From Bryobacterales bacterium (GTDB lineage: Bacteria; Acidobacteriota; Terriglobia; Bryobacterales; Bryobacteraceae), in NCBI GenBank assembly GCA_963776805.1, contig CAVZOD010000028.1, positions 369,657 to 401,656 of the forward strand: 32,000 nucleotides of DNA, given 5' to 3'. The notes under the pieces were generated by a model that was given only the letters and a program-made list of their open reading frames with translations, ran no database searches and was not told the origin of the DNA. The first letter of the stretch is position 1; each line of letters begins with the position of its first letter. Below are positions 16,971 through 26,323 of the stretch, one piece after another. The translations under genes were made by a program, and so were the position numbers.

Positions 16971-18025
16971 AAGTGATATTGCCGAGTGGAATGACACGGC
17001 TCACCGTGGTGCTCCTCTGTCTGCTGATCGCGGTTGTCGCGGTATATTCGATGTTTTCTCGCGCTGGGGCGTCGGCCCATAGCGACCCTGCTCGTATTGC
17101 ACAAAACATGCCGCCGGCCATCGCGCTCGCATCGCCGGGCCGGATCGAAGCACGGTCCGACGTGGTGAACGTGGGCGCGGCGATTGATGGCGTAGTACGG
17201 AAAATTCATGTTCAGGAAGGCCAAACCGTGAAGAAGGGTGAGGTACTGGCCGACCTGGCGTGCGACGATCTGCAGTCCGAGCTTCAGGTAGCGACGGCGA
17301 AGCGCGATAGTTTAACGGACGCGCGCCTGCGTTTGCAGCGCGGAAGCCGTCCAGAGGAACGCGAAGCGGCGGCTCAAAAAACGGCGGCGGCAAAAGCGAT
17401 CCTGAATCAGGCGGCGGCTCAGCTGGCCCGAATGTCCACGCTCTACGAATCCCAGGAAGTATCCCGGCTGACGTTTGAAGAAGCCCAGCGCGACCGGGAC
17501 GTCGCCGAGGCGCAATTCCAGCAGGCGCAGCACAATGAACAGCTCGTCGATGCCGGCCCTCTTCCGGAGGAACTGGCCCGGGCCGATGCGGACCTGAGCG
17601 GAGCCGAGGCGGGCATCAAGCTGGCGCAGGACAAGTTGGATAAATGCGTAGTGCGAGCGCCCATCAGCGGTACGATTTTGCGTGTGCTTTTGCGCGAGGG
17701 CGAATCGTTCGCGCTGATTGCACCGCATCCGCTCTTCACCATGGCGGACGTATCGGGCCGGCGCGTCCGTGCCGAGGTGGATGAAAACGACATTGCGAAT
17801 GTGCACGTCGGGCAGAAGCTTCTGATCTCGGCGGATGCCTACTCGCGCCGGACTTTTTCTGGTGTTGTAACGAAACTGGCGGACGTGATGGGCCGCAAGT
17901 CCGTCATCACAGGCGATCCGGCGCAGAAAGCCGATCGGGACATCCTGGAAGTCACGGCCGATCTGAATCAACCGGCCAATGCTCTCCCGATCGGGCTGCG
18001 CGTTACCGTTCAGTTTCTCCGTTAG
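16967..18025 (+). CDS. HlyD-family periplasmic adaptor, DevB-type membrane fusion protein
   Basis: 352 aa with an ATGA overlap onto the ATPase stop and a GGGAGGG RBS. An N-terminal TM anchor is followed by LASPGRIEARSDVVNVGAAIDGVVRKIHVQEGQTVKKGEVLADL (lipoyl/hairpin start), a long coiled coil and a beta-barrel C-terminus. Confidence 0.85.
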   Translation: MKVILPSGMTRLTVVLLCLLIAVVAVYSMFSRAGASAHSDPARIAQNMPPAIALASPGRIEARSDVVNVGAAIDGVVRKIHVQEGQTVKKGEVLADLACDDLQSELQVATAKRDSLTDARLRLQRGSRPEEREAAAQKTAAAKAILNQAAAQLARMSTLYESQEVSRLTFEEAQRDRDVAEAQFQQAQHNEQLVDAGPLPEELARADADLSGAEAGIKLAQDKLDKCVVRAPISGTILRVLLREGESFALIAPHPLFTMADVSGRRVRAEVDENDIANVHVGQKLLISADAYSRRTFSGVVTKLADVMGRKSVITGDPAQKADRDILEVTADLNQPANALPIGLRVTVQFLR

Positions 18026-18143
18026 CTGCGGACGTAAGGTACCGTAATAAAGTCTCGACGACCGGTCGATCATAGAGTACACTAATGCCCATGGCTTGCG
18101 ATTGGCACTCACCGCGGACCGGCGCGAGCGGAGATCGCTCTGC

Positions 18144-19607
18144 ATGATGACCACGCTCCTGAGCGTGCTGTTATCCATTGCCGCGTTGACCATTCGTCCA
18201 CTGCCCCAAGGCACACAGCTTCACATCCGGCTAACGTCCCCGGTTGGCTCTTATGCCAGCACTGCCGGATCGCCGGTCAGCGCGGTTCTGATTGCGCCAC
18301 TCATTATGGATGGTGAAACAGCGCTACCCGCGGGAAGCATCTTGGCCGGGACGGTGAAATCGGTTACCCGGGTGGGGTTGGGATTACGCCACGAAACCGC
18401 CTCGCTCGATTTGGAATTCAGCCAGATCACCACGCCGAATGGCGAAATCATCCCCATTTCGGCGCAAGTAGCGGATGTGGACAACGGCCGGGAGCGGGTC
18501 ACCCGGGATGGCCGCATTCGGGGCGTCCGCTCCACAAGCAGCCTGAGCTATCGAGTCAGCGGCTATATAAGAACCGCCTTGCAGTGGGAGATCCACGCGG
18601 AACTCGCTGAGTGGGCCATCCGGTCCCTGATTATGGAACTTCCGGAACCGGAAATTTACTATCCCGCCGGTGTCGAGCTGACGTTGAACTTAAACCAACC
18701 GCTGCTTCTGGACGCATCGCTCCACTCCAACCCGCAGGCTGCTCCCGAGCTCTCTGACGGCCAGCGCCTGGAGCTAGAGCGCATTGCCGCACTGATGCCT
18801 TATCGGACTCACGTGCCAGTCACCGGCCGGTCCTCGGATCTGACGAATGTTCTATTCGTCGGCTCTCACGACCAGATCGTGAGAGCTTTCGATGCCGCTG
18901 GCTGGACACAACCCGGTCCATCGTCGTTGCGGGACCGGATCGAGTGGATTCGTTCGGTGGCTGAGCTGCGCGGCGACGGCGCGGCGCCCATGTCCGTATT
19001 GTTATTGGATGGCGCCGAGCCTGCGATGTCCTGGCAAAAAGGCTTCAATGACGTTGCCAAGCGTCACCATATTCGCATGTGGAAAGCGGCCGGCACCTGG
19101 CGCGGCCGGGAGCTGTGGGTGGGAGCGGCTACGCGGGATGTCGACTTCGCGTATTTGCGGCCGGGAAAAAAGCTCTCGCATAAGATCGGGGAATACATCG
19201 ACCAGGAGCGCGACAAAGTCGCCTATGACCTGGCATTCTCTTCCTGCGGCAGTATTCTCGATTGGACGGACCGGCTGGACTTTCCACGAGTGGCCCGCAA
19301 TGCCACGGGCGATCCCATTGTCACCGATGGCCGCATGGTGGCGATCGAGTTGAACGATTGTCGCACCCCGCGGCTCTCTACCGACACCGTGGATTCGACG
19401 CCGCTTCCCGAACACGGCAACAAATTCCAACGCTTCGCGCGGCGCGAAATCCTGAGCGCGCGAGACGAATTGCTGCGCACCAACCCGTATTGGCGGACTT
19501 TCGAGGCCAGCCGCTGGATTGTGCAATCGATTCGCCGGCGCGAACATCGCACGCCCGATCCGGAACTGGTCAACTCTTCCACCGACGCCGCGGTTGCGAT
19601 GCGATAG
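18144..19607 (+). CDS. LssY-like protein (N-terminal anchored beta-rich domain plus LssY_C-like C-terminal domain)
   Basis: Track ORF 18096..19607. I chose ATG 18144 (MMTTLLSVLLSIAALTI, a signal/anchor). The C-terminal half carries NVLFVGSHDQIVRAFDAAGW...PMSVLLLDGAEPAMSWQK...KRHHIRMWKAAGTWRGRELWVGAATRDVDF, which matches my memory of the LssY C-terminal domain family. Function unknown. Confidence 0.6.
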   Translation: MMTTLLSVLLSIAALTIRPLPQGTQLHIRLTSPVGSYASTAGSPVSAVLIAPLIMDGETALPAGSILAGTVKSVTRVGLGLRHETASLDLEFSQITTPNGEIIPISAQVADVDNGRERVTRDGRIRGVRSTSSLSYRVSGYIRTALQWEIHAELAEWAIRSLIMELPEPEIYYPAGVELTLNLNQPLLLDASLHSNPQAAPELSDGQRLELERIAALMPYRTHVPVTGRSSDLTNVLFVGSHDQIVRAFDAAGWTQPGPSSLRDRIEWIRSVAELRGDGAAPMSVLLLDGAEPAMSWQKGFNDVAKRHHIRMWKAAGTWRGRELWVGAATRDVDFAYLRPGKKLSHKIGEYIDQERDKVAYDLAFSSCGSILDWTDRLDFPRVARNATGDPIVTDGRMVAIELNDCRTPRLSTDTVDSTPLPEHGNKFQRFARREILSARDELLRTNPYWRTFEASRWIVQSIRRREHRTPDPELVNSSTDAAVAMR

Positions 19608-19614
19608 TGGCCGA

Positions 19615-20028
19615 TCAGGCCACCCGCCACGCAGCCAGAGTGGCCAGCGCTTCATTGTGTGTAAGATCCGGCTTGATTACCAATTCCACGGTGGATACGC
19701 CATCCAGATTCACTTCATAGTCTTCCACCTCGCTGGTGGATCCGGCGGGGCTGAAATTCCACTGCTGCCGCACGATCTCCTTGGGCTGCCCGCCATCCGC
19801 CGCCGACCATCGGACGGTGAATTCCTGCAAGCGGTCGCGCGTGGGCTCCAGAAAATGAAGTTGTATTCGATGCACCGCTACAGCCTGATCGAAGATCAGA
19901 CGAATTTGCTGCTCGCCCTTTTGCGAGGCTCGCCAGCCTGGGCCGCCCTCGGCGTTAAAGACAGACTCGATGGGAAAGCCCGGATCTTCGGAGGTGACTT
20001 CGACGGTCGCAATCTCTCCGAGATCCAT
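19615..20028 (-). CDS. Small hypothetical protein, possibly with a galactose-binding-like (discoidin) beta-sandwich
   Basis: Track ORF 19615..20157 (180 aa from a GTG). I prefer ATG 20028 (MDLGEIATVEVTSEDPGFPIESVFN...), which leaves a divergent promoter gap toward trmFO. The fold assignment is a weak impression only. Confidence 0.5.
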   Translation of the reverse strand: MDLGEIATVEVTSEDPGFPIESVFNAEGGPGWRASQKGEQQIRLIFDQAVAVHRIQLHFLEPTRDRLQEFTVRWSAADGGQPKEIVRQQWNFSPAGSTSEVEDYEVNLDGVSTVELVIKPDLTHNEALATLAAWRVA

Positions 20029-20174
20029 CCAGCGCGGGCCCGGGCCTGGTTTAGCAACCGCCCGGTCCGTACCGACAATTCTCTTTCGCACGTTCCTATT
20101 CTCGCCGAAGCGGGAGCATTCGTAAAGAAGAAGAAGTACTGAGGAACCCCGCTCCACACTGTATCCTGAACCTA

Positions 20175-21509
20175 GTGAGTCCGATTCATATTTTTGGCGG
20201 CGGATTAGCCGGATGTGAGGCCGCCTGGCAGGTCGCGCGCGCCGGGTACGATTGCGTGCTGTTCGAGATGCGGCCCGTGCGGCCGACCCCCGCGCACAAA
20301 ACGGACCGGCTGGCCGAGCTGGTTTGCAGTAATTCGCTTAAAAGCGAGTCCGAGAACACCGCTCCCTGGCTATTAAAGGAAGAGCTTCGCAGGCTGGATT
20401 CCCTGCTGCTCGGCGCGGCTCAGCGGGCTCGCGTCCCGGGCGGGCATGCGCTCACGGTGGATCGCGAGCTGTTCGCACAGGAAGTTTCCCGCGCCATCGA
20501 GGAGAATCCCCGCATCGAATTGCGGCGCGAGGAAGCGACAACTATCGCCGACGACGCCATCACGATTATTGCAACGGGTCCGCTCACCAGTGCCGGGCTG
20601 GCGGAAGAAATCGGGAGGCTGACGGGCGCCGAGCGGCTGTTTTTCTACGATTCCATCAGTCCCATCGTCGAAGCAGAATCGATCGATTTGTCCATAGCCT
20701 TCCGCGCTTCGCGCTACGGCAAGTCGCTCGATGGAACCGACGATTACATCAATTGTCCGTTCGATCGCGAGCAATATGAGCGATTTGTAGACGCGCTCCT
20801 CGCCGCGGAGGCTGTTCCTTCGCACATTCCCGAAGACAATGCCCGGTTCTTTGAAGCCTGCCTGCCGATCGAAGAGCTGGCGCGTCGCGGGCGCGAGACG
20901 CTGCGGTTCGGTCCCATGAAGCCGATGGGGCTGACGGATCCGCGTACCGGCCATCGCCCTTACGCCGTCGTCCAATTACGGCAGGAAAATCTGCGAGCGG
21001 ACAGCTATAACCTGGTGGGATTCCAGAATCACATGCGTTTCCCCGAGCAGGCGCGCGTTTTTCGGATGATTCCGGGCTTGGAGCACGCGGAATTCCTGCG
21101 CTACGGTCAGATTCACCGCAACACCTATATCAATGCTCCCGCGCTGCTGGCGCCGACGCTGCAGCTCCGTACCCGCGCCCAGGTCTTTTTCGCCGGACAA
21201 ATCTCAGGGGTGGAAGGCTACGTGGAATCGATCGCTACGGGCTTGGTTGCAGGACGGCACGCCGCGGAGCTGGCATCGTGCGCCGAGATTCGGGTTTTCC
21301 CGCGCGAAACCGCCATCGGATCGCTGTGCGCCTACGTTTCGGGCGCCGATGCGCGCAACTACCAGCCCGCCAATATCACTTTCGATTTGCTGCCTGCGCT
21401 CGATGAACCGGCGCGGCTGAAGTTCCGCCACGATAAAAAGGCTCGCCATGCCGAAATCTGCCGGCGGGCGCTGGAGAAGCTGGACGAGTACCGGTTGGTC
21501 TATGCCTGA
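20175..21509 (+). CDS. trmFO: Methylenetetrahydrofolate--tRNA-(uracil-5-)-methyltransferase TrmFO
   Basis: 444 aa with a GTG start. It has an FAD-binding N-terminus (IHIFGGGLAGCEAAWQ), the AELVCSNSLKSE motif, and the length and overall colinearity of TrmFO/Gid. Confidence 0.9.
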   Translation: MSPIHIFGGGLAGCEAAWQVARAGYDCVLFEMRPVRPTPAHKTDRLAELVCSNSLKSESENTAPWLLKEELRRLDSLLLGAAQRARVPGGHALTVDRELFAQEVSRAIEENPRIELRREEATTIADDAITIIATGPLTSAGLAEEIGRLTGAERLFFYDSISPIVEAESIDLSIAFRASRYGKSLDGTDDYINCPFDREQYERFVDALLAAEAVPSHIPEDNARFFEACLPIEELARRGRETLRFGPMKPMGLTDPRTGHRPYAVVQLRQENLRADSYNLVGFQNHMRFPEQARVFRMIPGLEHAEFLRYGQIHRNTYINAPALLAPTLQLRTRAQVFFAGQISGVEGYVESIATGLVAGRHAAELASCAEIRVFPRETAIGSLCAYVSGADARNYQPANITFDLLPALDEPARLKFRHDKKARHAEICRRALEKLDEYRLVYA

Positions 21510-22407
21510 ACTCGACGGACAAGTAAAACTTTTCCTGGACGAACTGCGCCGACAAAACGCTTCGGAGCACACGGTGCGAAACTACGCGTCGGATCTGGAT
21601 CAATTTCTCCTTTATTTCGCCATTCCAGGCCAAGCGAAGCCCACGGTGGAGCAGATCGACTCGCTCGGGATTCGGGAATGGCTGGGACATTTATATGAAC
21701 AGCGGCTCACGGCGGTGAGCATGCGGAGGAAGCTGGCGGCCGTGCGGTCTTTCTTCAAATATCTTTTGCGGGAAGGCTTGGTGACAAAAAACGCGGCGCG
21801 AATGGTGCGTACGCCCAAAGCGCCCAAGACGTTGCCAGCCGTGATGACGGCCGAACAGACCAATGGGCTGGTGGATGGCGTTCTGCCGGCAGCGGACAAA
21901 TTCGAGCGGCCCCATCCGGCACGCGATTTGGCGATTTTCGAACTGTTGTACGGGTGCGGGCTGCGCATCAGCGAACTGGTTGGCCTGAATCTGGATGATT
22001 TCGATTTCAACGAGCGCTGGATTCGCGTACGCGGCAAAGGCAAGAAGGAAAGACAGGTTCCCTATGCCGGCAAGGCGTCAGGGGCACTGGACCGCTATCT
22101 CACTCTGCGGGAACCGAAGACTGGGAGCGAGCGGGCATTGTTCCTGAACCACCGTGGCGGGCGGCTGACCGATCGCGGCGCGCGCGGAATCGTGAAGTTT
22201 TACGCGCGGATGATCACGGGCGATTCCTCCATCCATCCGCACAGCCTGCGGCACGCCTACGCCACGCACCTTCTGAGCGACGGCGCCGACCTTCGGGCCA
22301 TCCAGGAGCTGCTCGGCCATGCCCGGCTGTCTACAACGCAGAAGTACACGCAGGTGTCACTGGCGGATTTGATGGCGGTGTACGACAAAGCCCACCCGAA
22401 GGCTTAG
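21502..22407 (+). CDS. xerC: Tyrosine recombinase XerC
   Basis: Track ORF 21448..22407. I chose ATG 21502, which overlaps the trmFO stop by 8 nt. It has an SAM-like N-domain (FLDELRRQNASEHTVRNYASDLDQF). The catalytic residue context is present (ELLYGCGLRISE, HPHSLRHAYATHLL, LLGHARLSTTQKYT). The trmFO-xerC adjacency is a known housekeeping arrangement. Confidence 0.88.
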   Translation: MPELDGQVKLFLDELRRQNASEHTVRNYASDLDQFLLYFAIPGQAKPTVEQIDSLGIREWLGHLYEQRLTAVSMRRKLAAVRSFFKYLLREGLVTKNAARMVRTPKAPKTLPAVMTAEQTNGLVDGVLPAADKFERPHPARDLAIFELLYGCGLRISELVGLNLDDFDFNERWIRVRGKGKKERQVPYAGKASGALDRYLTLREPKTGSERALFLNHRGGRLTDRGARGIVKFYARMITGDSSIHPHSLRHAYATHLLSDGADLRAIQELLGHARLSTTQKYTQVSLADLMAVYDKAHPKA

Positions 22408-22512
22408 CGGCGCCTGCGTCATTAAGGCTCTCCATGCGCGTGCTAAACTGAAATTAAATCGAACAAAACATTCGAGAGACACGTCTAAATCAACTGGGGA
22501 GACCCATCCCAA

Positions 22513-23937
22513 GTGCAGGCAAACTCTAAGATTCTGCTGACGATCGGCCTCGTTGCGCTGGTAACCGGCGGTGTCTTCGCCAGTATCAAGTACAACCAGC
22601 GCGGAATTGTGAACGTCCAGACCAGCCGTGTTGTGCGGCAGGACCTGGTGGCCACCGTAACCGCTTCGGGCGAAATTAATCCCAAGAACTATATCAACCT
22701 CGGCGCCAATACTATTGGCCCGGCACCCATCACGGAAATCATGGTAAAAGAAGGCGACCGTGTCCGAAAGGGCCAGGTGGTCGCAAAGATGCAGTCGGTG
22801 CAGGCGAATGCGGACGTGGTGGCGCAAGATGCGAGCATCGCAACCTCGCTGGCGGATTCGGCGGCGGCCGAATCGGGCCTGAAGTCCCAAGCCGACGGCG
22901 TCACTACCGCGGCCGCTACCTTGGAGAAAAACAGAGCCGAGCTGGACCGCACGAAAGCCAATTACGACCGGTCCCTCGAACTATACAAAGAAAAGCTTCT
23001 CGCCAAGCAGGATTTCGATCAGAAGAAGGCCGAGTATGACACTGCCGTTGCGGCCATGGGTGAAGCCGAGGCGCGGCTTGCTCAGGCCAAGGCCCAGGAA
23101 GCGCAGTCACGGGACCAGCTTGCTTCGGCGCAAAAGAAGATTGCACAACTGCGAGCGAACCTGGATCGCTACAAGGATATCCTGTCCCAGTATTACGTCA
23201 CGTCGCCGATCGATGGCATCGTAACCAATTTGCCCGTACGGGCGGGCGAAACCGTGGTTCCGGGCGTGCAGAACTCGGCGGCCAGCACCATCATGACCAT
23301 CGCGGATATGTCGGTGATTACGGCCGAAGTGAAAGTTGACGAGACTGACATCGTGAATGTGGCCGTGAACCAGCCCGCCACGGTGACCATCGACGCCATG
23401 CCCAACCGTACCTTCCACGGTCATGTGACCGAGATCGGCGACACCGCAATCCTGCGTTCCAGCGGCGTGGCAGCGTCGCAAAGCAATACTTCCGATCAGG
23501 AGGCCAAGGATTTCAAGGTGGTGATCGCGCTGGACGATCCGCCGGATGATATCCGGCCTGGATTGTCTTGCACTGGCAAGATCACCACCGCCACCAAACA
23601 GCAGGCGCTGACCATTCCGATTCAGGCGCTGACCGTGCGCACCCGCGGAGATCTCGATCCGGCCAAAAAGAGCGGCAGCGTGGAGGCTGCCAGCAACCCG
23701 GTGACGGAGAAAGCCCAAAAGGAAGAGTTGCAGGGCGTCTTTGTGGTCAGAAACGGCAAAGCGCAATTCGTGCCGGTGACCACTGGGATCACGGGCGAGA
23801 CCGATATCGAAGTAACGGGCGGCTTGAAAGAAGGCGATCAGATCATCACTGGTTCCTACAAAGTGATTCGTACGCTGCGGAATCTGGCCAAGGTAAAGAT
23901 CGATAACACGGTGTTTACAGCGCAGTCGGAAAGCTAA
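22513..23937 (+). CDS. HlyD/MacA-type periplasmic adaptor (membrane fusion protein)
   Basis: 474 aa with a GTG start. It has an N-terminal TM anchor, a long coiled-coil hairpin, and beta-barrel and membrane-proximal domains (YVTSPIDGIVTNLPVRAGETV). Confidence 0.85.
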   Translation: MQANSKILLTIGLVALVTGGVFASIKYNQRGIVNVQTSRVVRQDLVATVTASGEINPKNYINLGANTIGPAPITEIMVKEGDRVRKGQVVAKMQSVQANADVVAQDASIATSLADSAAAESGLKSQADGVTTAAATLEKNRAELDRTKANYDRSLELYKEKLLAKQDFDQKKAEYDTAVAAMGEAEARLAQAKAQEAQSRDQLASAQKKIAQLRANLDRYKDILSQYYVTSPIDGIVTNLPVRAGETVVPGVQNSAASTIMTIADMSVITAEVKVDETDIVNVAVNQPATVTIDAMPNRTFHGHVTEIGDTAILRSSGVAASQSNTSDQEAKDFKVVIALDDPPDDIRPGLSCTGKITTATKQQALTIPIQALTVRTRGDLDPAKKSGSVEAASNPVTEKAQKEELQGVFVVRNGKAQFVPVTTGITGETDIEVTGGLKEGDQIITGSYKVIRTLRNLAKVKIDNTVFTAQSES

Positions 23938-23940
23938 GGG

Positions 23941-24678
23941 ATGGCGGCAGCGACACAGGACTTAGTGGATCGCGGCGAAAGCTTAAAACGCGAAGGGATT
24001 GTTATCCGCACTTACGATCTGTGGAAAACGTACGTGATGGGCGACCAGGAAATTCATGCCGTTTCCGGCGTCGACATCGAGATCCGGCGCGGCGAGTATG
24101 TGGCGATCATGGGTCCTTCCGGATCAGGCAAGTCAACGCTGATGAATCTCATCGGCTGCCTGGATTCGCCCACGCGCGGCCTCTATTATCTCAACGGCAA
24201 CTTAGTCAGCGACATGCAGGACGATGAGCTGGCGCACATCCGCAACAAGGAAATTGGGTTTGTTTTCCAGACTTTCAACTTGCTGGCGCGCGCTTCCGGG
24301 CTGCACAATGTCGAGCTGCCGTTGATTTATGCCGGTGTTCCCAAGGAACAGCGGTTGGAGCGCGCCAAAGCCGCGTTGCGCGCGGTGGATCTGGAATCGC
24401 GCATGAATCACCGGCCGAATGAGCTGTCGGGCGGTCAAAGACAACGCGTGGCCGTGGCGCGGGCCCTGGTGAACAATCCTTCCATTCTGCTGGCCGATGA
24501 GCCCACCGGAGCGCTCGATACCGCCACCGGCAACGAGATCATGACGTTGTTCGAGCGGCTGTGGCAGCAGGGCAACACGATCGTCTTGGTGACTCATGAA
24601 GCCGACATCGCCAATCGCGCGCGCCGCGTGATCCATGTCCGCGATGGCAAAGTGGAAAAAGACGAGCAAATTAAGTAA
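23941..24678 (+). CDS. ABC transporter ATP-binding protein, MacB/LolD-type (ATPase only)
   Basis: 245 aa. Motifs: Walker [10 protein letters not shown], signature [15 protein letters not shown], Walker [14 protein letters not shown]-loop VTHE. No permease gene follows. Confidence 0.9.
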   Translation: MAAATQDLVDRGESLKREGIVIRTYDLWKTYVMGDQEIHAVSGVDIEIRRGEYVAIMGPSGSGKSTLMNLIGCLDSPTRGLYYLNGNLVSDMQDDELAHIRNKEIGFVFQTFNLLARASGLHNVELPLIYAGVPKEQRLERAKAALRAVDLESRMNHRPNELSGGQRQRVAVARALVNNPSILLADEPTGALDTATGNEIMTLFERLWQQGNTIVLVTHEADIANRARRVIHVRDGKVEKDEQIK

Positions 24679-24689
24679 GTTCAGCCAGC

Positions 24690-26303
24690 CTATTCGATTG
24701 CGATCGCGCCCTTGACCGGCCCGGTTTTCTTCATCAGGAACATCAGCGGGATCACGGCCAGAAACGCAACTCCCAGCACCCAGAAAACTTCGTTGAACGA
24801 AAGCATGGCGGCTTGCTGCTGAACCATGTTGTAGATCAATCCGTGCGCTTGCGCGGCGGCTTGAGCCGGATCCGCTCCCCGGGTGACGAACATTTGCTTT
24901 GCGCTGGCGAGCGCCGATTGATACGAAAGATCGAGCGGAGAAAGATGCTCGACGAGCCGCTGCCGGTGGAACTGCTCGCGGCGCGCGATCAACGTAGTAC
25001 AAATCGCGATGCCGCTGCTTCCGCCGATGTTACGCGCCAGGTTGATCAAGCCCGTGGCATAGCCTGTTTTTGCCTTCGCGATGAAGGAAAACGCCACGGT
25101 GTTGATGGGCACAAATAGGAAGGCCAGCCCCAGGCTTTGCACCACCCGCGCGCTTACGGCGTGTCCGAAGTTGATCTGCGTATTCCAATGCGACATCTGG
25201 AACAGCCCCAGCGCGGAAACAATCAGCCCGACAATAATCAGCCAGCGCGCTTCGACTTTGGATAGCAGGATCCCGACGATCGGCATCATGATCATGATCA
25301 TCAGCCCGCCCGGCGAAAGCGCCAGGCCGCTTTGCATGGCCGTGTAGCCGAGCAGGGTTTGCAGAAACAGCGGCAGCGCCATGGTACTGCCGTACAGCAC
25401 GAAGCCAAGCACGAACATGCTGGCGGTGGAAATGGCGAAGGTGCGGTCCTTCAGCAAGCGAAAATCCACCACCGGCTCTTTCTGCCGCAGCTCCCAGACC
25501 ACAACACCGATCAATCCGATGGCGGCGATGATCGCGGCGGCGACGATCCCGTGCGATGAGAACCAATCGTTGCGCTGGCCTTCGTCCAGCATGATTTCGA
25601 GCGAGCCGAGCCCGGTGGCCAATAAGCCTAGGCCGACATAGTCGATCTTCAAACCGTCCCGCAGCGTTTTGCGGAACAAATACGGCGGATCGAAGATCAG
25701 CAGCGATGTCAGCAGCAAGGAACAGATGCCCACCGGAACATTGATCAGGAAGATCCAGCGCCAGGTGTAGTTGTCGGTGATCCAACCGCCGAGCGTGGGC
25801 CCAACCACCGGCGCGAACACCACGCCCATGCCGTACACTGCCATCGCCATGCCTTGTTTTTCACGCGGAAAAGTCTCGCGCAGGATGGCTTGCGATACGG
25901 GCTGAAGCGCGCCGCCGCCCAAACCTTGCAGCACGCGGAACAGGATCAGCATCGGAAGGCTGGGCGCCAAGCCGCACATCGCGGAACTGGCCGTGAACAG
26001 CAGCACGCACGCCATGTAAAATCGCTTGCGTCCGAACAGCGTGGAGAACCAGCCGCTCAGCGGAAGCACAACCGCGTTGGCCACCAGGTAGGCGGTGAGC
26101 ACCCAGGTGGCTTCATCCACGCTGGAGGAAAGGCTGCCTGCAATGTGCGGCAGCGCGACGTTGGCTACGCTGGTGTCCAGCACTTCCATGAACGTCGCGA
26201 GCATCACCGTGCCGGCAATCACCCACGGGTTGATCGCTGGTCTGATGGCGAGCGGCGCGGGCGTGCGCACCTCTACCACTTCGGTTTGTAAAACACCCGG
26301 CAT
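24690..26303 (-). CDS. DHA2-family MFS efflux pump (EmrB/QacA-type, 14 TM)
   Basis: 537 aa with N-terminal FMEVLDTSVANVALPHIAGSL and the classic EmrB-like LFGRKRFY motif. Its length is consistent with a 14-TMS DHA2 transporter. Confidence 0.9.
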   Translation of the reverse strand: MPGVLQTEVVEVRTPAPLAIRPAINPWVIAGTVMLATFMEVLDTSVANVALPHIAGSLSSSVDEATWVLTAYLVANAVVLPLSGWFSTLFGRKRFYMACVLLFTASSAMCGLAPSLPMLILFRVLQGLGGGALQPVSQAILRETFPREKQGMAMAVYGMGVVFAPVVGPTLGGWITDNYTWRWIFLINVPVGICSLLLTSLLIFDPPYLFRKTLRDGLKIDYVGLGLLATGLGSLEIMLDEGQRNDWFSSHGIVAAAIIAAIGLIGVVVWELRQKEPVVDFRLLKDRTFAISTASMFVLGFVLYGSTMALPLFLQTLLGYTAMQSGLALSPGGLMIMIMMPIVGILLSKVEARWLIIVGLIVSALGLFQMSHWNTQINFGHAVSARVVQSLGLAFLFVPINTVAFSFIAKAKTGYATGLINLARNIGGSSGIAICTTLIARREQFHRQRLVEHLSPLDLSYQSALASAKQMFVTRGADPAQAAAQAHGLIYNMVQQQAAMLSFNEVFWVLGVAFLAVIPLMFLMKKTGPVKGAIAIE

Positions 26304-26323
26304 AATGCTGACTCTTGTCGTGA

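Noticed and set aside
18059-18068. 10-bp perfect palindrome CGACCGGTCG between the adaptor gene and the LssY-like gene
   Set aside because: It is too short and isolated to call an operator or terminator, and no flanking T-tract or second half-site was seen.
17312-18214. 300-aa minus-strand ORF antisense to the DevB-like adaptor
   Set aside because: Shadow ORF with an Arg-rich translation and no recognisable domain.
21502-22407. Tyrosine recombinase as a phage or integrative-element integrase marking a mobile element
   Set aside because: It overlaps trmFO by 8 nt in the conserved housekeeping trmFO-xerC arrangement and has XerC-like N- and C-terminal motifs. No att-like repeats or phage genes lie nearby.
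24202-25002. 266-aa minus-strand ORF spanning the ATPase 3' end and the emrB 3' end
   Set aside because: It crosses two well-supported convergent genes in wrong frames, so it is a shadow ORF.
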